From an uncultured Candidatus Rokubacteria bacterium (GTDB lineage: Bacteria > Methylomirabilota > Methylomirabilia > Rokubacteriales > DASRDR01), in contig CAWGVS010000010.1 in assembly GCA_963826115.1 (NCBI GenBank), positions 1 through 64,000 of the forward strand: a stretch of DNA of 64,000 nt. Reading direction: 5' to 3'. The notes below the pieces were generated by a model. That model saw nothing but the letters and a program-made list of their open reading frames with translations, was not told the DNA's origin and searched no databases. Positions 56,662 through 64,000 of this stretch are shown one piece after another. Position 1 is the first letter of the stretch. Each line of letters opens with the position of its first letter. The translations under genes and the position numbers were made by a program.

Positions 56662-58692
56662 ATGGCGAGCAAGCGCACGCACGCCGGGCGGCCGCAGCGG
56701 CTCGACCGGGATCTCATGGAGCAGCTCCTCTTCGGGACCGGCCGGGCGCGCCGGTTCACGCAGGACTCGCCGGTGCTGCCCGACGTGTGGCTCGAGTACG
56801 CGAAGCAGCCGGCCGAGGACGGTGGGCCCCCCGCGGGGACGGCCCGCGGCCGGAGCCCCGCCGCGCTCCTGCCGCCCGTGAAGCTCCTCCTGACACCCTA
56901 CCGCGAGGTGGCGGCGGGCGAGGTCCGCCGCACCGTCCGCGAGCGCCTGACCGCCGAGCGCCAGACCGCCGCGTGGCGCGCCTTCGGCCACGCGCCGTCG
57001 CCCTTGCCCCGGGTCGTCTACAACCTGTCCACGGTGGCCGCGACGCTCCACTTCGAGGACCTGGTGCGCGTCGTGCTGCCGATGACGGAATGGTGGCACC
57101 GTCTCACCCGGGAATGGAGCGTCGACGACATCCGGGACGAGACCTCGCAGCGCTGGCTCGCGCAGGCGATCCGCGACCCCGAGCACCCGCCGATCGCGCC
57201 GGGGCCGGCGAGCGTGAAGCGGCGGCTCCGGGTGCGCTCCGATCTCCTGTGGATGATCCGCGTGGTGGGGGCGCTCGCGATCGTGCGACGGGGCGGCCGG
57301 CTGCCCCGCGTCTTCACCGAGTCGAAGGAGGGTGTCGCGGCGGCGACGGAGGCCGACTGGCTCCAGCTGATCCGGGCCGTCGCCGACCTGGTGCGCGGGG
57401 TCGCGTCGGAGGCGCGCCCCATGGTCTACTCCGTCAGCATCAACCGCGAGGCGTCGCCCACCGTGGCGCGCTCGACCCTGGCCATCAAGGCCGACGCCGC
57501 TCGCCGCCTCTTCGCCATCTCGTGCCGGGAGATCACGTGGGCGGTCATCGACAGCGGAGTCGACGCCCGCCATCCGGCCTTCCGCGCGCGCGACCCGAAG
57601 AGCGAGGCGCCGGTGAGCGACCGGCCGTTCGTCGACGCGGCCGGGCGCGCCGGGAACTGCACCCGCGTGGTCGAGACCTACGACTTCACGGAGATCGACC
57701 TCCTCCTCGACCCCGACTCGCCCGACGTGCCCGCCGAGCTCCGGAAGCGGCTCGGCGACGGGTCGCCCGACGCCCGAAAGCTTCGCCAGCAGCTCGAGGA
57801 GCTGTACGGCGCCCTGAGCCGGGGCCGCGCGATCGACTGGGGCCAGGTCGCCCCCTTCATCCGCGTGCCGCACGCGGACGGCCAGTACCGCCGGCCGGAG
57901 AACGACCACGGCACGCACGTGGCCGGGATCCTGGCCGGCGACTGGCGGAAGGGGGAGGCGGGCGGGCTCCTCGAGGAGGACCTGATCGGCGTCTGCCCCG
58001 ACCTGCGCCTCTACGACTTCCGGGTCCTGGACGAAGCTGGCCGCGGGGACGAGTTCGCGGTCATGGCGGCGCTCCAGTTCGTGCGCTACCTGAATTCCAC
58101 GAACGAGTACGTCGTCGTGCACGGCGCCAACCTGAGCCTCTCGATCCCCCACGAGATCTCGAACTACGCGTGCGGCCGCACGCCGGTGTGCGACGAGTGC
58201 GACCGGGTGGTGTCGTCGGGGGTGGTGGTGGTCGCGGCGGCCGGCAACCAGGGCCGCCAGCGGTACACGACGGAACAGGGACGGGTCGCCGAGGCCTATC
58301 TCTCCATCAGCATCACCGACCCCGGCAACGCCGAGCAGGTCATCACCGTCGGCGCCACCCACCGGTACCGGCCGCACACGTACGGCGTCAGCTACTTCTC
58401 GAGCCGCGGCCCGACCGGCGACGGCCGGATCAAGCCGGACCTGGTGGCCCCCGGCGAGAAGATCACGGCGCCGGTGCCCGAGGGCGCCTTCGGCCTGAAG
58501 GACGGGACCAGCATGGCGGCGCCGCACGTGAGCGGCGCGGCCGCGCTCCTCATGGCCCGGCACAACGAGCTGGTCGGCCGGCCGGGCCGCCTGAAGCAGA
58601 TCCTCTGCGAGACGGCGACCGACCTCGGCCGCGAGCGCTACTTCCAGGGGGCCGGGATGCTCGACGTCCTCCGCGCGCTCCAGTCGGTCTGA
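56662..58692 (+). CDS. S8 (subtilase) serine peptidase, no signal peptide, long N-terminal extension
   Basis: Catalytic triad in AVIDSG, HGTHVAGI and GTSMAAPHVSG; also VVAAAGN and SSRGPT.DGR.KPDLVAPG. Confidence 0.95.
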   Translation: MASKRTHAGRPQRLDRDLMEQLLFGTGRARRFTQDSPVLPDVWLEYAKQPAEDGGPPAGTARGRSPAALLPPVKLLLTPYREVAAGEVRRTVRERLTAERQTAAWRAFGHAPSPLPRVVYNLSTVAATLHFEDLVRVVLPMTEWWHRLTREWSVDDIRDETSQRWLAQAIRDPEHPPIAPGPASVKRRLRVRSDLLWMIRVVGALAIVRRGGRLPRVFTESKEGVAAATEADWLQLIRAVADLVRGVASEARPMVYSVSINREASPTVARSTLAIKADAARRLFAISCREITWAVIDSGVDARHPAFRARDPKSEAPVSDRPFVDAAGRAGNCTRVVETYDFTEIDLLLDPDSPDVPAELRKRLGDGSPDARKLRQQLEELYGALSRGRAIDWGQVAPFIRVPHADGQYRRPENDHGTHVAGILAGDWRKGEAGGLLEEDLIGVCPDLRLYDFRVLDEAGRGDEFAVMAALQFVRYLNSTNEYVVVHGANLSLSIPHEISNYACGRTPVCDECDRVVSSGVVVVAAAGNQGRQRYTTEQGRVAEAYLSISITDPGNAEQVITVGATHRYRPHTYGVSYFSSRGPTGDGRIKPDLVAPGEKITAPVPEGAFGLKDGTSMAAPHVSGAAALLMARHNELVGRPGRLKQILCETATDLGRERYFQGAGMLDVLRALQSV

Positions 58693-58713
58693 CGCGGGTC
58701 AGGGAAGGCCGCG

Positions 58714-59865
58714 ATGCTGGTGCTCGAGGCACTGCGCGCGCGGTTCGGCGACGCGCTCCTCCTGCACTCCGGCACCACGGCGAAGCCACAGCTCACCGTC
58801 ATCGACGGCGGACCGCCCGGCGTCTACAACGATGCGCTCCGGCCGAGGCTCGAGGCGCTCCGGGCCGAACGCGGCCTCGACGACCGGACGCCCCTCGACA
58901 TCGAGCTCATGATGGTGAGCCACATCGACGACGACCACATCTCGGGCCTCCTCGAGCTGGCGCAGAAGCTCAACGAGCGTCGGGAGAGCGGCCAGCCGCT
59001 CCCGTGGCGGATCCGCCGCGTCTGGCACAATTCGTTCGACGACATCCTCGACAACGACGACCTCAAGGTCGGCGGCGGGGCGTCCACCATGAGCCCCGCG
59101 TCGCTCGACGATTTCCTGGCGCCCGAGGGCTCGCTGATCCTGGCCAGCGTCCCGCAGGGACGGCAGCTCCGGAAGCTGCTCGGCGCCCTGACTCTCGGCG
59201 GCAACCCCCCCTTCAAGGGTCTGGTCTCGGCGGATGGCCTCGCGAAAGCCGTGACGGTGGGCGACCTCAGGATCACGGTGGTGGCGCCCCGGAAGGCCGA
59301 GCTGGCGGCGCTCCAGAAGAAGTGGAACAAGGAGATCGCGCCGCTCCTCGAGAAGGAGCGGAGCCGGCCGCGGCTCGCGGAGATCGCCGCCTACGTGGAC
59401 ACGTCGGTGCACAACCTGTCCAGCATCGTCGTCCTCGTCGAGTCGCAGGGGAAGCGCATCCTCCTGACCGGCGACGGGCGCGGCGACCACACGCTCGCGG
59501 GGCTCAGGAGCGCGAAGCTCCTCGAGGACGGCAAGCTCCGTCTCGATGTGCTGAAGCTGCCGCACCACGGTAGCGAGCGCAACGTCGCCCCCGACTACTT
59601 CGAGACGGTCGTCGCGAAGCACTACGTCGTCTCGGCGGACGGAAAGTTCGACAATCCCGACGTCGGGACGCTCCAGATGATCTCCGCGGCGCGCCGGGAC
59701 GACGACTTCACCATCCACCTCACGTATCCGACAGGCGAGTTCGACGTCCCCCGGATCGGCGAGAAGGTCGAGACGTTCTTCGCGGGCGAGCGGCGAGCCG
59801 GCCGCGCCTACCGCGTGGTGGCGCGGCCGCCGGGCGAGCTGTCGGTGCGCGTTGCGGTCGCGTAG
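58714..59865 (+). CDS. ComEC/Rec2-like metallo-beta-lactamase-fold hydrolase
   Basis: GDALLL, IDGGP, SHIDDDHISG, N.SSIV, LLTGD, LKLPHHGS.RN. Confidence 0.9.
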   Translation: MLVLEALRARFGDALLLHSGTTAKPQLTVIDGGPPGVYNDALRPRLEALRAERGLDDRTPLDIELMMVSHIDDDHISGLLELAQKLNERRESGQPLPWRIRRVWHNSFDDILDNDDLKVGGGASTMSPASLDDFLAPEGSLILASVPQGRQLRKLLGALTLGGNPPFKGLVSADGLAKAVTVGDLRITVVAPRKAELAALQKKWNKEIAPLLEKERSRPRLAEIAAYVDTSVHNLSSIVVLVESQGKRILLTGDGRGDHTLAGLRSAKLLEDGKLRLDVLKLPHHGSERNVAPDYFETVVAKHYVVSADGKFDNPDVGTLQMISAARRDDDFTIHLTYPTGEFDVPRIGEKVETFFAGERRAGRAYRVVARPPGELSVRVAVA

Positions 59866-59893
59866 CCGCCGGCGGGCGGTCGTGCGCGGGCGG

Positions 59894-60298
59894 TCAGGAC
59901 CGAGAGCGACGCGGACCCGACCGGGCGGGGCGCGGCGCGCCCGGCGGCACGACCATGAAGCCGAGCACGCGCATGAGCGCCTCGGTGGGATCGGACGCCG
60001 CGCGACGTCGGTCGCTGTGCCGCCGGTCGTCGTCGACCCGGCGCGGCAACCGGCGCCGCTCACCGACGCGCCGGTCCACGATCACGCGCCCGCGCCCGGC
60101 GGACTCCTGGCGCTCCCGGAGGAAGTCGGCGAGGTCGGTGAGGGCCCGGCTGACGATCACGAGATCGCTGGCGGCGGGGCCCAGCCGGGGACGGCGGCGT
60201 GGCGCGCGCGCGCGGGTCACGCCCGCGCGCTTCGCCGTCCGACGCAGGGACCCCGAGCGATGAGTCGGCGAAGCGTGCCGGCGGCGCGCGCGTTTCAT
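59894..60298 (-). CDS. Arg-rich hypothetical protein with VIVDRR..ERR...DRR motif
   Basis: LVIVSR...L..FL...VIVDRRVGERRR...DRRHSDRR...LGFMVV pattern; GAAGG immediately precedes the ATG. Confidence 0.55.
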   Translation of the reverse strand: MKRARRRHASPTHRSGSLRRTAKRAGVTRARAPRRRPRLGPAASDLVIVSRALTDLADFLRERQESAGRGRVIVDRRVGERRRLPRRVDDDRRHSDRRRAASDPTEALMRVLGFMVVPPGAPRPARSGPRRSRS

Positions 60299-60381
60299 CC
60301 TTCGAGGATGCCAAAGGAGTCGCCGACGGCCAAAGCTTATCGGCTCTCGCCGCCGTCGACCCGAGGACGCCCGCGCGCGGG

Positions 60382-60502
60382 TGCACAGTCCACAGGGCAC
60401 CCTGCACAGTCCACAGTGCAGGCGTGGTAAGCGCCCGCCACATATAGCGTCTCCCGCCGTCTCCGCGCGGCCGTGAGCGGGACCTGCCACCCAGGCAGTG
60501 CA
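60382..60502. promoter_or_regulatory. second enhancer-like dyad array (60382-60399, 60403-60420; third weak copy 60485-60502)
   Basis: TGCACAGTCCACAG occurs twice with a 21-bp period. About 37 of 41 bases match the reverse complement of 55131-55171. Confidence 0.7.
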
Positions 60503-60568
60503 GGTGCCGCTCCGGCGGGCCCCCGGCTAACTCCGCGTACCGTCAAGCGTCCCGAGCCCCGAGGGCCG

Positions 60569-60584
60569 TGGCACTCGGGTTGCT
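60569..60584 (+). promoter_or_regulatory. sigma-54 promoter of the patatin operon
   Basis: TGGCACTCGGGTTGCT is a perfect consensus match, ~50 bp before the GTG. Confidence 0.78.
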
Positions 60585-60635
60585 CCGCCGATCCACGCGG
60601 TCGCGTCGTTCCGAGACCGTTCCGGAGGAGGCGCT

Positions 60636-61751
60636 GTGCCGTTCGGCGTCGAGGGAGTCGAGTCCGGCGTGGGCCTCGCGCTGTCGGGGGGAGGGTTCCG
60701 CGCGACCCTGTTCCACTGCGGCGCGCTCTGGCGTCTCGACGAGCTCGGCTTCCTCCCGAAGCTCGACCGCGTCTCGAGCGTGTCCGGCGGCTCGATCACG
60801 GCGGGCGTCCTGGCGACGCGCTGGACGGAGCTGCGCTTCGCCGGCGCCACGGGCGCGAACCTCCGGGAGACGGTCATCGCGCCGCTGCGGGCGTTCTGCC
60901 ACCGCACCGTGGACGTCCCGGCCATCGGGATCGGGACCCTCCTGCCGGGCCGGCGTCCGGCCGACCTGCTCCAGGCCGCGTACGCGGAGCACCTCTTCGG
61001 GGCGGCCGCGCTCCACGACCTGCCCGACCGCCCGCGCTTCGTGTTCAACGCGACGAACCTCGCGACGGGGGTGAGCTTCCGGTTCTCGAAGCCGTACGCC
61101 GGCGACTACCGGATCGGCCTCATCCCGAAGCCGACGTTCCCGGTCGCGCTCGCGGTGACCGCGTCGAGCGCCTTCCCGCCGTTCCTCTCGCCGGTCGTCG
61201 TCCGGCCGGACCCCGACGCGTTCCAGCGAGTTCCGGGCGCCGACCTCTTCGACCAGGTCGCGTACCGCGAGCGGCTGCTCCTGACCGACGGCGGCGTCTA
61301 CGACAACCTCGGGCTCGAGACCGTGTGGAACCGCTACGACACGGTGCTGACGAGCGACGCCGGCGCGCCGTTCGGCCTGGCGCTCGACCCCGAGACGTCG
61401 TGGCACGGTCAGGTGCTCCGCGCGCTCGACATCGCGACCAACCAGGCGCGCGCGCTTCGCAAGCGGATCCTGATCGACGACTACACGCGGGGCGTGCGGA
61501 AGGGCGCGTACTGGGGCATCGCCACCGACATCCGGGCGTACGGGCTCGCCGACGCGCTGCCGGTGTTGCCGGCGCGCATCGCGGAGCTCGCTGCCCTGCG
61601 CACCCGGCTCGACGACTTCTCCGACGTGGAACAGGGCCGGCTCATCAACTGGGGATACGCCGTGTGCGACGCCGCCATGCGCCGGCACGTCACCGCCGGC
61701 GCCGGCCCCGCCCCGGCATGGCCCGTGCCCGAGCTTCGGCTGGACCAGTAG
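60636..61751 (+). CDS. patatin-like phospholipase
   Basis: ALSGGGFRA, SSVSGGS nucleophile elbow, ASSAFP, DGGVYDNLG; GGAGGAGG RBS. Confidence 0.93.
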   Translation: MPFGVEGVESGVGLALSGGGFRATLFHCGALWRLDELGFLPKLDRVSSVSGGSITAGVLATRWTELRFAGATGANLRETVIAPLRAFCHRTVDVPAIGIGTLLPGRRPADLLQAAYAEHLFGAAALHDLPDRPRFVFNATNLATGVSFRFSKPYAGDYRIGLIPKPTFPVALAVTASSAFPPFLSPVVVRPDPDAFQRVPGADLFDQVAYRERLLLTDGGVYDNLGLETVWNRYDTVLTSDAGAPFGLALDPETSWHGQVLRALDIATNQARALRKRILIDDYTRGVRKGAYWGIATDIRAYGLADALPVLPARIAELAALRTRLDDFSDVEQGRLINWGYAVCDAAMRRHVTAGAGPAPAWPVPELRLDQ

Positions 61752-61779
61752 GCAGCCGCAGGAACCGGAGGACCGTCTG

Positions 61780-61902
61780 ATGAAGCGCTCCGCGTCCCGC
61801 CCGTCTTCCCGCGCGCCTCGATCGCCCGCGCCCCCGGCTCCCGCCGCCGGTCCCGGCCGGCTCCGCCGGATGTGCAGCATCCGCGAGGGCTCGCCGCGGT
61901 GA
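61780..61902 (+). CDS. putative 40-aa small protein, translationally coupled to the next gene
   Basis: GGAGGA RBS; MKRSASRPSSRAPRSPAPPAPAAGPGRLRRMCSIREGSPR*; its TGA overlaps the next GTG (GTGA). Confidence 0.4.
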   Translation: MKRSASRPSSRAPRSPAPPAPAAGPGRLRRMCSIREGSPR

Positions 61903-63269
61903 GCGGGGCGCGGGCCCTCGTACTCGGCGTGCTCCTGTGCGCCGTCCTCCTCGGGGCGGCGCCCGGGCGGGCGCAGGACGCCGATGCGGACAAGCGGGCG
62001 GCCCTCAAGCGCATCGCGGGCTTCGCCGCGCTCATCGACAAGACGGACGTCGAGATCCGGCGGAAGCAGTGGGAGTACCGGCTCCTCCTGTCGTTCGCGC
62101 TCGCCGTCGGCATCCTCGGCGCGGCGAGCGCGGCGGCCCAGAAGTTCGAGGGCACGAAGGCGCGGGTCGCCACGCTCGCCATGGGCGTGCTGATCTCCGC
62201 CCTGACCTTCTCGACGAACACGCTCTTCCCGGACGACCACCGGGCGCTCAAGCGCAACGTCGAGCGGGCGCGCCACGAGCGCGACGTGGGCAAGGTGGTG
62301 GCCGACTCCGCGGACCTGTCGGTCAGCACCGAGGCGCTCCTCCAGCTCGAGCAGCAGGTGCAGGCGCGGTACGCGGCGATCGTCTCCGCGCTGGGGCCGG
62401 ACTCGAAGCAGGCGTCGCTCGCGCCGGCGAGCGCGTGGGCGGCGGCGCCGGGAGCCCCGGAATCCCCGGAGTGCCAGCGCTGGCCGTCGAGCGGCGGCCT
62501 GTGCTTCTCCGGGATCGGCCGCAGCGCGTACCCCGAGCAGGCGCGGCAGAACGCGCTCCAGATCGCGGTCGACCAGGCCTCCCAGTACGTCGCGCGGCAG
62601 GTCGGGAGCCAGCGCCCGCCGGAGGCGTTCCGGGACTACGTCGAGCGGTTCGCGCGCGTGGAGGAGGTGTACCCGAGCCGGGACCTCCGCGCCGGCCGGG
62701 AGTTCGGGTACGTCGCCATCCTCACGCTGAACTCGCGCTTCGCCGACCCGAAGGCCGTGGCCGCCTCGAGCATCGAGCCCCGGACGATCACCTCCGGCGA
62801 CCCCGTGCTCATCCGCGGCTGGCGCGCTCCGCCGGGCGGCCGCCTGCCGGGCGACCCCGCCGGCGAGGCCTGGTTCCGGATCGAGGGACAGGATGTGCGC
62901 GCCGACCGCGGCGCGGACGGGGCGAGCTCGTGGGTGTTCGGGAAGCGTGGCGGCGCGCGGGGCCCTCTCCAGCACGGCGACCTCGTCTCGCTGCGCGGCG
63001 TGTGGGGCGATCCCTACGTCACCGTCGAGCCCGACGGGCGGCTCCTCGCGTACCGCGGTCCCTCGGAGGCCGCGCTCTTCCGCCTCGAGCGGCGCGGCGG
63101 TGGGGAGCTGGTCCGCGAGGGCGACGCCTTTGCGCTCGTGGATCCCCGGAGCGGGCGCGTCCTCCGGGCGGACCGCGGACGCCTGGTGATGAGGCCTCCG
63201 GAGGATGCCGCGTCCACGCGCTTCGCGGCCGTGCTCGTGCCGCGCATCGGCACGGCTGCGAAGTACTGA
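61899..63269 (+). CDS. multidomain membrane protein: signal peptide, 2-TM hairpin, LPP20-like segment, fascin/beta-trefoil-like C-terminus
   Basis: Signal ending GRAQ; two TM helices; FSGIGRS....ARQNAL..A; repeated GDxV/F motifs (GDPVLIR, GDLVSLR, GDAFAL). Confidence 0.7.
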   Translation: MSGARALVLGVLLCAVLLGAAPGRAQDADADKRAALKRIAGFAALIDKTDVEIRRKQWEYRLLLSFALAVGILGAASAAAQKFEGTKARVATLAMGVLISALTFSTNTLFPDDHRALKRNVERARHERDVGKVVADSADLSVSTEALLQLEQQVQARYAAIVSALGPDSKQASLAPASAWAAAPGAPESPECQRWPSSGGLCFSGIGRSAYPEQARQNALQIAVDQASQYVARQVGSQRPPEAFRDYVERFARVEEVYPSRDLRAGREFGYVAILTLNSRFADPKAVAASSIEPRTITSGDPVLIRGWRAPPGGRLPGDPAGEAWFRIEGQDVRADRGADGASSWVFGKRGGARGPLQHGDLVSLRGVWGDPYVTVEPDGRLLAYRGPSEAALFRLERRGGGELVREGDAFALVDPRSGRVLRADRGRLVMRPPEDAASTRFAAVLVPRIGTAAKY

Positions 63270-63305
63270 ACCCGCGCTGCCCAGGCCCGAGGGAGGGAGA
63301 ACGCG

Positions 63306-63755
63306 ATGGCGACGACCAAGACCCGGAAGGGCCCGTGCAATCCGGCCTGCACCACGATCGTCCGGTTCATGACCGACAAGGAGGTCCCGCCCAACGTCGG
63401 GGTCAGCATCCCCGGCTACAAGTCAGTGGACGGCTACCGCCACCTGAACGTCTTCGTCCGCTTCAGCCAGGAGACGTCGGGCGAGCCGCCAGTGGACCTG
63501 GGCGTGCTCTTCGCCTTCGACGTCCAGGGGACCCTGAGCGCCCGCCGCTACGTGAACCTCGAGGCGAACGTGCCGGGCCCCCAGAGCACGAACTTCATCG
63601 AGGTGTCGGGGAGCGGCTCGTGGCACGGCAGCCCGCACAACATCAGCAGCTACATGGCGCGGCTGCCGGTCATGGGGCCCTTCGCATGGGTGGTCGTCTA
63701 CAACCGCGCGCTGGTCAAGCGCGTCGTGACCGTCTGGGGCTACCTCGTCTCGTGA
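63306..63755 (+). CDS. hypothetical beta-rich protein
   Basis: GGAGGGAG RBS; coding-like codon usage; no motif recognised. Confidence 0.75.
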   Translation: MATTKTRKGPCNPACTTIVRFMTDKEVPPNVGVSIPGYKSVDGYRHLNVFVRFSQETSGEPPVDLGVLFAFDVQGTLSARRYVNLEANVPGPQSTNFIEVSGSGSWHGSPHNISSYMARLPVMGPFAWVVVYNRALVKRVVTVWGYLVS

Positions 63756-63790
63756 GTGCCCCGCGTCCCGTTCCCGACAAGGAGACCCTC

Positions 63791-64000
63791 ATGGCCGACC
63801 ACGGTGTGTCCGGGCGTCGGGTGTGGCTGTCCGCGTGCGCCGCCCTCCTCCTGCTGCTCGGCGGGTGCGGGAAGGACGCGCCCCGGCCGGGCACGGTCCT
63901 CGACGAGGCCAGCCGCGCGGGCCGCACCGCGGCGTCGTTCCCGGCGGCGGCCGAGGACTACTTCCACGACATGGACGGCGGCGGCGCCTTGACCCGTGAG
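63791..64000 (+). CDS. lipoprotein, 3'-truncated by the window edge; N-terminus resembles large cytochrome-c-type proteins
   Basis: AAGGAG RBS; lipobox LGGC; PGTVLDEA.RAGR.AASFPAA.EDYFHDMDGG. Confidence 0.65.
   Translation, partial: MADHGVSGRRVWLSACAALLLLLGGCGKDAPRPGTVLDEASRAGRTAASFPAAAEDYFHDMDGGGALTRE

Noticed and set aside
55131-60421. The two inverted ~41-bp copies as terminal inverted repeats of a transposon
   Set aside because: No transposase or target-site duplication was found. Each copy sits at a matching distance from a -24/-12 box, which fits enhancer sites better.
3251-62975. Numerous long antisense or alternate-frame ORFs (e.g. 19589-23134, 33130-36489, 44976-47792, 56787-59573)
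   Set aside because: These are Arg/Pro/Gly-rich shadow ORFs expected at this GC content, and they overlap genes with clear motifs.

Overview
Very GC-rich bacterial DNA. The gene content and the Arg-rich 'VDRR..ERR' small protein suggest Candidatus Rokubacteria/Methylomirabilota, but that is an inference. The window shows indel-type damage, worst in the first 2.8 kb. In order it contains: (1) the 3' part of an RHS polymorphic toxin with a His...Cys papain-like tip, a 2-TM immunity candidate and a decayed DUF2442 gene; (2) a dimethylformamidase-like/aminotransferase/M20 operon; (3) a planctomycete-type cytochrome (DUF1549/DUF1553) plus DUF1501 pair; (4) assorted metabolic and membrane genes (Fae homologue, acyl-CoA ligase, DEAD-box helicase, TRAP transporter); (5) a sugar ABC/GH116 operon containing a CTP-synthase-GATase-like gene with an in-frame UGA at the catalytic Cys position and a SECIS-like hairpin, probably a selenoprotein; (6) an ArsI-like gene; (7) a microoxic cluster of cydAB, three-domain nirK and three USP genes; (8) decayed response regulators; (9) two neighbouring operons at 55-64 kb: FN3 protein/Lrp-like/cytoplasmic subtilase/ComEC-like MBL hydrolase, and patatin/small ORF/2-TM beta-trefoil protein/unknown/lipoprotein. 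These two operons share a near-identical upstream layout: tandem TGCAC-N8-GTGCA dyads, a third dyad, an AACTCCGCGT box and a sigma-54 -24/-12 promoter. That co-regulated protease/nuclease/phospholipase module is the best candidate for an undescribed system. No rRNA, tRNA, CRISPR array or intact transposase was seen. All family assignments come from motif recognition, not database searches.
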